Positions 51,424-61,100 of a stretch of 64,000 nucleotides of DNA are shown one piece after another. Position 1 is the stretch's first letter. The number at the start of each line of letters is the position of its first letter. The notes under the pieces were generated by a model. It ran no database searches. It saw nothing but the letters and a program-made list of their open reading frames with translations, and had not been told where the DNA came from. The stretch comes from a virus, in the IMG/VR virus record IMGVR_UViG_3300022204_000004, positions 1 to 64,000 of that record, one strand, 5' to 3'. The translations under genes were made by a program, and so were the position numbers.

Positions 51424-53525
51424 GCCAAATCATAAGATACATATGGCGGAAAGGTGAAACAAATCCTCAATCAAAAGGCCAATTACAATCGAACGTAACC
51501 ATAACTTGTGGTTCTTCGGAAGTAACAGGAACATTGATTTGGCAAGGTTTCCTTTTTGCAAATATTTGGGGAACCTCAACAGTTACTGGAACCCTGTCTT
51601 CATATGTATCGGTTGAAGCCGAAAGCAATGGTGTTGCAACAGTAACAGGAACTCTTACAGCCGTAGGGGATCTAGAAGCTCTTACAAACGGAACAGCTAC
51701 CGTTACAGGAACTTTATTGGCTACGGGATATATGTATGTAGAGGTTTTAGGTTCTTCTTTGGTAACAGGGTTACTGACTTCCAAAAAACTTACCGATGGC
51801 TCTACCGATGGCTCGACTACGGTTACAGGTACGCTTACAAACGGAACTGTCTATATCAATAAAATGATTGGAATAACCATAAATGAAGCAAATCTTGTTG
51901 GCTCACAGACAGGAGCTATAAATTGGAACAGTGCTTCATCAGGACAATGGTATTTTTCAGATCCACCACCGTTAGCAATACCACAGCCTACATCTTATCA
52001 ATCATATACATTCAATAGCACTTCAGCGGCTTCACCAAAAATAATAGGAGAGCCAGTAACATTGTCACACCTTTCAATACCATTGTTTGGAGATATTGCT
52101 TTTGATCCGTCACAAGGGCACAAGTTTCATTATCTCATTTCTGCTACGGAATATTCAGCACTACAACTGACAGATATCCTTAACAATATGATAGAGATAT
52201 TTGGGCTTGTAAATGATGGAACGTACTATAAAGGCATATTTAATTGGGATGTTCAACAAAATGGAAGTGACAATTATATTTATATGATTTATGACTTCAG
52301 AAGAAACGTTTCTGAGATGGATGTAGTAACAGATGGAAGTGCCACAACTCAAGGAACATTGATAGGACATGGAGAACTTAGCGGGGCAATAAATGGTCTG
52401 ACAACAGTTATACCCGACCTTACAGCAATCAATTTCTTATTTGGTGGTGTAGCTGATAAATATCCTACAAAAGCCTTATTTGCGCCTCAACTTGATGCTG
52501 GAAATTTTCAAGGTTCTTCTGTTGCCTATTGGAACACAACGGGAATGGTAAGGTTTGAAAGACATTATAAAAATGGACCATGGAAATACTCACATGAACT
52601 TGGAATAATGGTAAGGCTTCCAAAAGCCATGTTTTATGTTGATTCATTTTTTGCAGACACAAGAATTACCTACGTACTTGATATAGATGGAAGATGTACA
52701 CTTATAAATCAGGGAGTGCTTCGTCAAGCTTCAAACCTTGAACGTATGCATTTTCCGGGAGCAACACATATTTCAAGTCCAAGTGGTTATTTTACATTCT
52801 TAAGTCTTACAAAATTAAAGGGTCATATTATCTTTCCAAAGCTTACGGGAGAGCTTTATAATATGAACCACATATTTAATAATGCAGTTCTCGTCGAAAC
52901 ACTTGAAATGCCATTATTGACAAGGATAGCATTACAGTTGGCTTCGCGTTCCAATTTCCAAAATATGAATGGACTAAAACGTGTCTATATGCCTTTATGT
53001 GTTACGTTTGTTTATGCAACAGGAGGGGTTCCTTCAATATTTGGAAATATACCAGCGGGAACAATCATGTATTTGCACCCAAGCCTTGAAACTTCAGATG
53101 GAGGATTAAGACATGCTTCAGTAGTGTATTGGGAAGATACAAGAGGGGCTGTAATAAGATATGTAAACGAATTTACCGCTCCAAATACAGTCAATGACCT
53201 TTCGGCAAGTTCTGTAACTGAAACAAGCTTTAATCTTGACTTTACTGTTCCAAGTGTTACTGTAAACGCAATCGAATATTATGAAGTTTGGATCTATGAT
53301 GATATAAACAGATGGAGATATTTTACATCACACCAAGAAATTGTAACAACAGGCGGAACAATATTAGGTCTTGAATCAGGAACAACTTATCGAGTTGAAA
53401 TAAAAACAGTAGATATTCTATTCAATAAGTCATCTTTTAGCAATCAGATAACAGTTAGAACACCTGGAATTAGAGGTGAAATAGTCCAAAGGACGTCTGT
53501 TGTAGGAGTGTTACAGAGCGTCTAA
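51420..53525 (+). CDS. Fibre/decoration protein with GxxNG repeats, LRR-like segment and FN3 domain
   Basis: SNGVATVTGTLTA repeats; LxxLxMPxL repeats; APNTVNDL...GLESGTTYRVEI FN3 domain. Confidence 0.7.
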   Translation: MSQIIRYIWRKGETNPQSKGQLQSNVTITCGSSEVTGTLIWQGFLFANIWGTSTVTGTLSSYVSVEAESNGVATVTGTLTAVGDLEALTNGTATVTGTLLATGYMYVEVLGSSLVTGLLTSKKLTDGSTDGSTTVTGTLTNGTVYINKMIGITINEANLVGSQTGAINWNSASSGQWYFSDPPPLAIPQPTSYQSYTFNSTSAASPKIIGEPVTLSHLSIPLFGDIAFDPSQGHKFHYLISATEYSALQLTDILNNMIEIFGLVNDGTYYKGIFNWDVQQNGSDNYIYMIYDFRRNVSEMDVVTDGSATTQGTLIGHGELSGAINGLTTVIPDLTAINFLFGGVADKYPTKALFAPQLDAGNFQGSSVAYWNTTGMVRFERHYKNGPWKYSHELGIMVRLPKAMFYVDSFFADTRITYVLDIDGRCTLINQGVLRQASNLERMHFPGATHISSPSGYFTFLSLTKLKGHIIFPKLTGELYNMNHIFNNAVLVETLEMPLLTRIALQLASRSNFQNMNGLKRVYMPLCVTFVYATGGVPSIFGNIPAGTIMYLHPSLETSDGGLRHASVVYWEDTRGAVIRYVNEFTAPNTVNDLSASSVTETSFNLDFTVPSVTVNAIEYYEVWIYDDINRWRYFTSHQEIVTTGGTILGLESGTTYRVEIKTVDILFNKSSFSNQITVRTPGIRGEIVQRTSVVGVLQSV

Positions 53526-53545
53526 AAGAATAAAAAATAAATTAT

Positions 53546-53553
53546 TAACTTTG
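53546..53553 (+). promoter_or_regulatory. -7 element TAACTTTG
   Basis: TAnnTTTG in the intergenic gap upstream of 53595. Confidence 0.6.
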
Positions 53554-53594
53554 AATAATATAAAATTTTATATAACCCTTAAATATTTTAAATC

Positions 53595-54047
53595 ATGAGT
53601 AAGAGTAATTCTTTTGAAACAGATTTGTTAGAATTGATTTTTAACAATGTAGCAATCACAAATGTAGGAGACGCGGGAGGTATATTGCCTTCAGTAGCTC
53701 CGGGCGATCTTTACATTCGTCTTTATACCGATGCAGTAGTTGTTGACGATGCAACCATTGGAACTGAAGCGGCCTATACAGGTTATTCTGCGGGTGGAAT
53801 CGCTGTTGCACGTAGTGGTGCAGGTTGGACTATCGCGGGTAACAACGCATCAAATGCTGCTGCAATCACTTTCGGTGCTTGTTCAGCTGGTTCTGAAAAC
53901 ATTCGTTATTTTGCTATTTGGAAAGATGGTGCCACGGGAACAGATTCTCACAGACTTTATTGGGGTCAGTTGACTTCTGATTTGGCTGTTAGCTCTGGTA
54001 TCACTCCTGAATTTGCCATCGGAGCATTGGACGTTAACGAAGACTAA
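53595..54047 (+). CDS. Small abundant fibre/whisker structural protein
   Basis: MSKSNSFETDLLELIFN...EAAYTGY...NAAAITF...L.VSSGITPEFAIGAL family; own promoter and terminator. Confidence 0.7.
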   Translation: MSKSNSFETDLLELIFNNVAITNVGDAGGILPSVAPGDLYIRLYTDAVVVDDATIGTEAAYTGYSAGGIAVARSGAGWTIAGNNASNAAAITFGACSAGSENIRYFAIWKDGATGTDSHRLYWGQLTSDLAVSSGITPEFAIGALDVNED

Positions 54048-54071
54048 TTCCAACGTCATTTAAGACAATTT

Positions 54072-54105
54072 GACCTCAACGCAAGTTGGGGTTTAGTTGT
54101 TTTTA
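54072..54105 (+). terminator. Terminator with GCAA tetraloop
   Basis: GACCTCAAC GCAA GTTGGGGTT followed by a T-rich tail. Confidence 0.65.
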
Positions 54106-54123
54106 TTAATCATATCTTAAAGC

Positions 54124-54681
54124 ATGAAATTGTTACAAAAAGAAGAATACAATATCAGTTATTTTGACGGAAAGCTTTCAAGAATAAAGCATAATGCTGG
54201 ATATGATTTTTATAATAAATCAGAAGTCTTCAACAAAAGAGCAAAATATCTTTTTGAAAAATACAACCTTAAAGACAAAAAAGTATTGGATATTGGTTGT
54301 GCCAAAGGGTATTTGGTTGAAGAATTAAGAAATATGAAAGTCGATGCGTATGGTGTTGATTTTTCAGAATATGCTCTATTAGAAGCCCCAAGCTCTATCT
54401 CAAAATATTTGTTCAATGGCGATCTTAAAGATTGCTTAAAAACATTCAATAAAAACCACTTTGATTTAATATGTTCAAGATTCGTTCTTTCATGCTTTGA
54501 TGACAAACAAATTGAAGATTTGGTTAAAGATTGCAACAGTGTGAGTGTGTTTCAAAATCATTTGATATCACACGAGCCAAACATTAAATTTTATAATTCA
54601 AAGACATTGGAAGAATGGGAAATCTTTGATTGGAAAAAAGGAACAGAGTTAAGTACAATATATAAAACCATAGTAAAATAA
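54124..54681 (+). CDS. Class I SAM-dependent methyltransferase
   Basis: VLDIGCAKG, YGVDFSEYA, FDLI motifs; TAATG overlap with the fibre gene. Confidence 0.85.
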   Translation: MKLLQKEEYNISYFDGKLSRIKHNAGYDFYNKSEVFNKRAKYLFEKYNLKDKKVLDIGCAKGYLVEELRNMKVDAYGVDFSEYALLEAPSSISKYLFNGDLKDCLKTFNKNHFDLICSRFVLSCFDDKQIEDLVKDCNSVSVFQNHLISHEPNIKFYNSKTLEEWEIFDWKKGTELSTIYKTIVK

Positions 54682-57600
54682 TGGCTACCACTATTCTTAC
54701 ACTTGCAAATGCAATAGGCAGAGACACGGGTTCGTGCCTTGTAAGAGATAATGCTGGTATCCCATATTTTATAGGTGCAAATGGCGTTCTTTATGAGGGA
54801 AATGCTGTTGTTCCTACAGGTTGGACTTCAAGGGGAACTTTTGGAAACGGTGTCATTCCTCCGGCAATGTGTATGGTTACAGCCACTACCATTGGAATGA
54901 TTGGAAGTGAAACGCAGGGAATGGGTACCAATCTCGTTTATGCGATATTTAATTGTGCCACTAATACTATTGGTTCTTCTACAACTATTGTTGCCATTGA
55001 CGGACTTTCAGCTGCAAACAGTTGGGATATTGCCAGAGATGGAAATGGGGACGTCCATGTTGTTTTTAGAGACAATGCGGCCAATATGGGAACGGATTAT
55101 TTTACCGTTTATTATACAAACAATATTGGAGGAACATTCAAAACCCCTGTAGAAATATATGGTGTAGCGCAACAGGTATTCTGTCACGATGTTTCTATTT
55201 TTATAAACACAGGCAACATTCCAGAGATAAGGTTCGACACCAACGGGTCTCCGACTTATGAAGAGAAAATAGGTGTTGGAAACTTAACTAACGCAACGAG
55301 TTTTACAATTCATGATGGAAGTGGAGATATTTCAAACTCGTCTGGTCGGCATATTATTTCTACATCACTTGGTGATACTATTACGATAGGGGATGTAACA
55401 AATGGAAGAGATGTTGGTTTTTATAAACATAGAGCCGGAGACGCATGGTCTTCTTGGGAAGCGACCATCGATAATACATATACAAATTATGGTAATGGTT
55501 GGGCAGGTGTTCCTTATGGAGATGGCACTGTTTTTTATATAGGAGATAGAGATCTATCAACGGATATGGTCATTACTCAAATAGACCATTCAACTACACC
55601 GGGCGTAAATGCCTCTTTTTCTGCTCCAGTACAAATTCAAGCTGAAAACGCTTCTCGTATAATAACAAAAAGAGCAAGATATCTCAATTACGGAAGTGAT
55701 GGGGTTGATCATGGTGTTGCAGATACTCAGACTGAAATTGATTATGTTTATTTAGTTGGCAGTAGTTTAAAATTTGACAGTTTTACCATAAACAAAAGAC
55801 CTACTATTGTTCCAAATACAGCAGAAGCTAATAATTTTGGAGCTGATTCAACTCCTACTTTAGAATTTACGGGTACCGATGACGATGGTGATGATTTAGA
55901 ATATGAAATTCATATTACAGATACCTTATCAACTATTTGTGATGAACATCCTGTAAGTGAAGCTAACGATTTTCTTACCCTTACAGATGGCGGAATAGTG
56001 TTTGTAGGACAGTCTTTTACGGGAAACGGAGAAAAAATTAAACAAGCAAAGCTTTATTTAAGAAAACAAGCAGGATTAACATCCACTGTTGGTTGTCAAA
56101 TTTATGCTCATAGTGGAACATTTGGAACAAGCAGTATTGCTTCGGGAAATGAAATAGCACACGCAAGTGTTCCCGCATCGGCATTAACTACATCGTTTAC
56201 CGAAATAACTTTTGATTTTGTTGGAGACGAAAGCATAACGTTGGTGAACGGAACAAAGTACTGCGTATTGATTGCTTCATGGACTTTGGGAGGAAATATA
56301 GATGTACAGTCTGATACAGGTCAAACATCGCCTCACAATGGTAATGCTTCAACATATCCTACGCCAACAGCTTTACCTAATGAAGATTTAATTTTTCAAA
56401 TTCTTACAGAAGGAGCGGCTATTATCAATAAATTTTCTGAGACGCCAGATGCAGGATTTTTAAATACAGTAAATGGTGGAGACACACATCCGTTTACTGA
56501 AGCTGAAAAAATAAGCTATACCGTTCAAGTAGGAGACGCTTTAGATGCTGGAACCTATTATTGGAAAGCAAGGGCCAATGATCCCTTGGGAACAGATTTA
56601 TGGTCTGACTGGACAACTCAAAGAAGTTTTATTATTGAAGATCCTGCTGGCAGTATTTTTGGTACTACCGATCCTATTTTAAGGCAACAACTTGATGAAA
56701 CTGGTTTGGCGTCAAATAGTGGAACAATATCAAAAGTAGGTCAGCTTATAACAGGCTATAATGCTCAAGTTAATAATTTCTCATTAAAGTTAAAAGAACT
56801 TGTAACGGATATACCTTCTTTTCTAATTAAAGCTGAAATATGGTCTATAAGCGGAGGTGTTCCAAATACTCTTTTAGAAACAAGTATCAATTCATTAGAT
56901 ACAGCAGACCTTACCGCAAGTTTTGTATGGTATGACTTTTATTTTAGTGGTACAAAGTACAATCAAGATATTTGGATTGGTATAGATGTTCAAGCTTTTG
57001 GTTCAGGACAGATGCAACACAGACGTTCTACAGCAAGTGTTGTTGCTGGAGAAACTGAGACATTATATTTTTCAAGTAATTGGTTCAATCAATCGACAGA
57101 TCTTACCTATAAGATTAATTCGATTAATGGTCTTAAATCATTAGGAACAATAATTGGAATAGGAGAACTTGCCGGAGCAAGTAATGGTGTCGCAACTGAA
57201 GAAGCTATTTTAAATAAAGTTTTTATTTCAGGAACTATAAACGGTTCTACCACAACTTCAGTTTATGTTATAAAAACAGTAAATATATCTGGCACAAGTT
57301 TCGGAGGGCAGGATATTGTTTTAAATACAGAAGACCAGCTAACAGGAAACAGAGCCATTGTTAGTGCTGTACCTTCATTAAAAACCCAAGCTGCTTCTGC
57401 CACTATTATATTTGGTTTTACTGGAAGAATACACAGTTTTGCCCTTTCACTTATACAAGTCGGAGACCCTATTAATCCTTCAAATTTAGCTTGGTCTGCC
57501 ACTATACGTTCAGTTATAGGTGGTCTTGCAACAAATGATGTTGATATAGGTTCTATTTTAGAGACTTCACCAACAACCCATGTTGCTAATGACCATCCAG

Positions 57601-58148
57601 CTACAGGGCCAAATTTTGAAACGTTTTTGTTTAATGGAAATTATTATAGTGGTAATATAGCTATTGTAGTTGAAATTGATGGTTATACAAGTGGAGGAAA
57701 CGCACAAGTACAAGGAGAGACTCGAATAACAGATCCCGATATTGATAATGTTAGAGTGCTTGTACAAACAAATGATGCAGCATGGAACGATTTCTATCTT
57801 GACGACCCTAGAGGAACTGCGGTTTATAGATTAAATTATCAACTTACAGCAGGAAATGGCAGTGTAAATGGTTTTTTAAGCTACACAGTTGATTTGGCTG
57901 GAATTTCAAATGGTGTTGCAACTGTTCAAGGACTATTAACAAAAAAAGTTTCAATAAAAGGAGTAAGTAATCCTACTTTATATAGAGAGCAACTTACTAA
58001 AGACTTTAATAGTTCTTTAGGTCAATTAGACGAATATGGACAAAAATTTATAGATTTTCAAGGCGCAATTCATGACTTTACTACAATCTTCAATAGAAGT
58101 TCTGGTGCTGTAGATTATTCTATAGAAGCTCGTATTTATTCTTGTTAA
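54681..58148 (+). CDS. Giant fibre/adhesin protein, N-terminal part (ends at an in-frame TAA)
   Basis: Beta-propeller-like N-terminus, YYWKARA Ig-like domain, repeated GQSFT-type beta-sandwich domains. Confidence 0.75.
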   Translation: MATTILTLANAIGRDTGSCLVRDNAGIPYFIGANGVLYEGNAVVPTGWTSRGTFGNGVIPPAMCMVTATTIGMIGSETQGMGTNLVYAIFNCATNTIGSSTTIVAIDGLSAANSWDIARDGNGDVHVVFRDNAANMGTDYFTVYYTNNIGGTFKTPVEIYGVAQQVFCHDVSIFINTGNIPEIRFDTNGSPTYEEKIGVGNLTNATSFTIHDGSGDISNSSGRHIISTSLGDTITIGDVTNGRDVGFYKHRAGDAWSSWEATIDNTYTNYGNGWAGVPYGDGTVFYIGDRDLSTDMVITQIDHSTTPGVNASFSAPVQIQAENASRIITKRARYLNYGSDGVDHGVADTQTEIDYVYLVGSSLKFDSFTINKRPTIVPNTAEANNFGADSTPTLEFTGTDDDGDDLEYEIHITDTLSTICDEHPVSEANDFLTLTDGGIVFVGQSFTGNGEKIKQAKLYLRKQAGLTSTVGCQIYAHSGTFGTSSIASGNEIAHASVPASALTTSFTEITFDFVGDESITLVNGTKYCVLIASWTLGGNIDVQSDTGQTSPHNGNASTYPTPTALPNEDLIFQILTEGAAIINKFSETPDAGFLNTVNGGDTHPFTEAEKISYTVQVGDALDAGTYYWKARANDPLGTDLWSDWTTQRSFIIEDPAGSIFGTTDPILRQQLDETGLASNSGTISKVGQLITGYNAQVNNFSLKLKELVTDIPSFLIKAEIWSISGGVPNTLLETSINSLDTADLTASFVWYDFYFSGTKYNQDIWIGIDVQAFGSGQMQHRRSTASVVAGETETLYFSSNWFNQSTDLTYKINSINGLKSLGTIIGIGELAGASNGVATEEAILNKVFISGTINGSTTTSVYVIKTVNISGTSFGGQDIVLNTEDQLTGNRAIVSAVPSLKTQAASATIIFGFTGRIHSFALSLIQVGDPINPSNLAWSATIRSVIGGLATNDVDIGSILETSPTTHVANDHPATGPNFETFLFNGNYYSGNIAIVVEIDGYTSGGNAQVQGETRITDPDIDNVRVLVQTNDAAWNDFYLDDPRGTAVYRLNYQLTAGNGSVNGFLSYTVDLAGISNGVATVQGLLTKKVSIKGVSNPTLYREQLTKDFNSSLGQLDEYGQKFIDFQGAIHDFTTIFNRSSGAVDYSIEARIYSC

Positions 58149-61100
58149 GCACTTATTCCAGATGCTCTCTTAGAAACTTCTACTAATTCTATTACAGCCT
58201 CTTCATTAACACCAACAAATCAGGATATTGAAGTAAAATTTCTTTTTACAGGAAAATCATATGCTGGAAATATAGCAATAGTTATAGCGGTTACAAATTG
58301 GATTTCTGGAACTACTGCTTCTTTCAAATTTACTACTCCAAGTACCGTTTCAAATGAAAACATAGTTGGTAATGAAACCGGAAGCGGCTGGAATGATCTT
58401 CCTACTCAAGACTTTTATTATAAACTTAATTCAGATTATAAAGTTAGTGGAACTGTAACAGGTACTCTTTCGGCAAAAATAGGAATAGCAGCAGTATCAA
58501 ATACAACTTTTTCAGCATATAAAGAATCTATAACCGGCGGTTCTAATAGATTTTTGGGGGTTTGGGATACTAAATATGCAGGACAATTAATGATTGGTTT
58601 TGAATCAAGAGTTTCATCTTTAGTTGTTCAGTTAAGAAAAACCGGAAGTCCTGTTTCAGATATAAGAGCTAAAATATTTAAAAGAGAAAAGGATAGTTTA
58701 ATATTTACTGATTATACTTTAAAAGAAACTTCAACCAATACAATATCTGCTTCTTCATTAACTGCAAGTTATGCAAGTTATACATTCAATTTTAGTGGTA
58801 ATGCTTATGTAAATGGAGATATTTTAATTGCTTTAGAGTCTTTCAATGAAACCGTAGGAGATATTTCTAATTATGTTGTTTTAAAAACAGACAACGCAAA
58901 TCCTATAGCTAATGAAAATTATATAGCGACAATAAGTGGTGTTACAACTCTTTTCACTAATTATCCAAACGATGATTTTTGGTATCAATTAACTTATACT
59001 GTTGAAACCAATGGAACACTTAGAGCTTTAGGATCTTTATTAGGCACTATCAATGGTGTCACAACAAAAAATGCTGTTTTAACTGCTGTTGATTTAGGAG
59101 GTATATTAGGAACCATAAACAACAATGCCACCACTTTAGGTGTATTGACGGCTAAAGGCTCTCTTACTGGGGCAATCAATGGCACAGTCACAGTAACGGT
59201 AAGTTCCATTACTTTAAAAGTGGATGCCAATATTAATGGTGTTGCTACGGTTACAGGTCTATTGCATGCAGATGCCAAAGCTTTTGGAACATCAAACGGA
59301 GTTGCCACAACAACTTCTATATTGACCGGTTTAGGAGATTTGTCAGCATCAATAAACACTTCAACCACAACTGTAAGTGTTTTAACTGGAAAAGCATCTC
59401 TGATAGGAATAATAAATACTACAACGACGACATTGAGCGATTTGACCAATGGCGTTACGATTCAACCAATAGCCGTAATCGTAAATGGTGTGGCTACGGT
59501 AAGTGGTATTTTGACTGCAAATGGAACGCTTCAAGGTATAATCAATGCAGTCGCAACTGTTGATGGCACAGCTTCAGCAAGAGCCGATTTGTTGGGTGTA
59601 ATCAATATCACAATTACCGTAACAGGAACGTTGTCAGCTAACGGTGAACTAGCTGGAGCTTCAAACGGTATTGCTTCCACTTCAGGACTGCTGAACAGTA
59701 ATCTACAAGGTTCGGTAATAGTAAATACCACAACACTCACAACAGGTACACTTACAGGTCAAGGGGCTCTTTTAGGGGCTTCAAATGGTATTGCAACCAC
59801 AGATAGTTCTTTATCTTCGACACAGCTTATTGCCGGTATTATAAATGGTGTAGCCACAGTATCGGGCACACTTAGTGCAAATGGTGTATTGGCTGGCAAC
59901 TCAAATGCTTCAGCAACTACAAGTGGAGTATTGACATCTAATGGTTTATTATCAGGAGAGTCCAACGGTGTCGGTTCTACCACGAGTGTATTAACAGCTA
60001 TTGGAACATTATCGGGTTCTTCTAATGGATTAGCTTCTCTTTCAGGATTATTAAATAGTAATTTACAAGGTTCCGTAATTGTAAATACAGACTCTTTAGT
60101 TACAGGTACTCTTACCGGAAGTGGTGCGTTACTTGGAACAAGCAATGGCTTGGCTACTACACAAGGAAATTTAGTTGGTGAAACATCTATAAGTGGAACA
60201 ATAAACGGAAGTGTTGTAACGAGCGGAACATTGACAGCCAAAGGAAGTCTTGTTGGCATAATCACAACAAGTACAACTGTACAAGGTCTTCTTATTAGTA
60301 ATTTTATGTTTGGAACTTCCGATGGAGTGGCAACAGTCCAAGGAACGCTTACAGCTAATGGAAGCCTTTTAGGTGTTTCAAATGGAACATCGATACTTTC
60401 AGGTCTATTGAACAGTAATCTTCAAGGCTCTGTTATTGTAGACACATCCACGCTTACTACGGGAACATTGACCGGAAGTGGAGCTTTAGTAGGAACGTCT
60501 AATGGTTCTGCTACTACGCAAGGAATATTAAGCGGACAGACATCTATTGTTGGAATTATAAATGGTGTAGCTTCCACAAGTGGAACATTAACAGCATTAG
60601 GTAATTTATCAGGTTCTTCTAACGGTGTAGCCACGGTACAAGGAAATATAATAACCGATGCGCTTAACGGAACTTCAAATGGAGTTGCAACCGTTCAGGG
60701 CATATTGACAGCTAACGGTTCTTTAGTTGGTCAATCTAATGGTTCTACTACTGTTCAAGGTGCTCTTGTTTCAGATGCAATGCTTGGAACAAGTGACGGA
60801 ATAGCTACAACACAAGGTACATTAACCGCAAACGGTTCATTAATAGGAGTTGTAAACACTACAACAACAACACAAGGTACATTAAACGCTAAAGGTTCTC
60901 TAGAAGGAACTTCCAACGGTTCTGCGACAGTACAAGGTGCTTTGATCAGTGACGCAATGATTGGAGTTTCCAATGGTATTGCAACTACAAGCGGAACATT
61001 GACGGGCAACGGTTCGTTATCGGGAATTGTTCTTGGACAGGCCACAACAGATGGTAGCCTGATTAGTGATGCTATGGCTGGTGTCACTAACGGTACAGCC

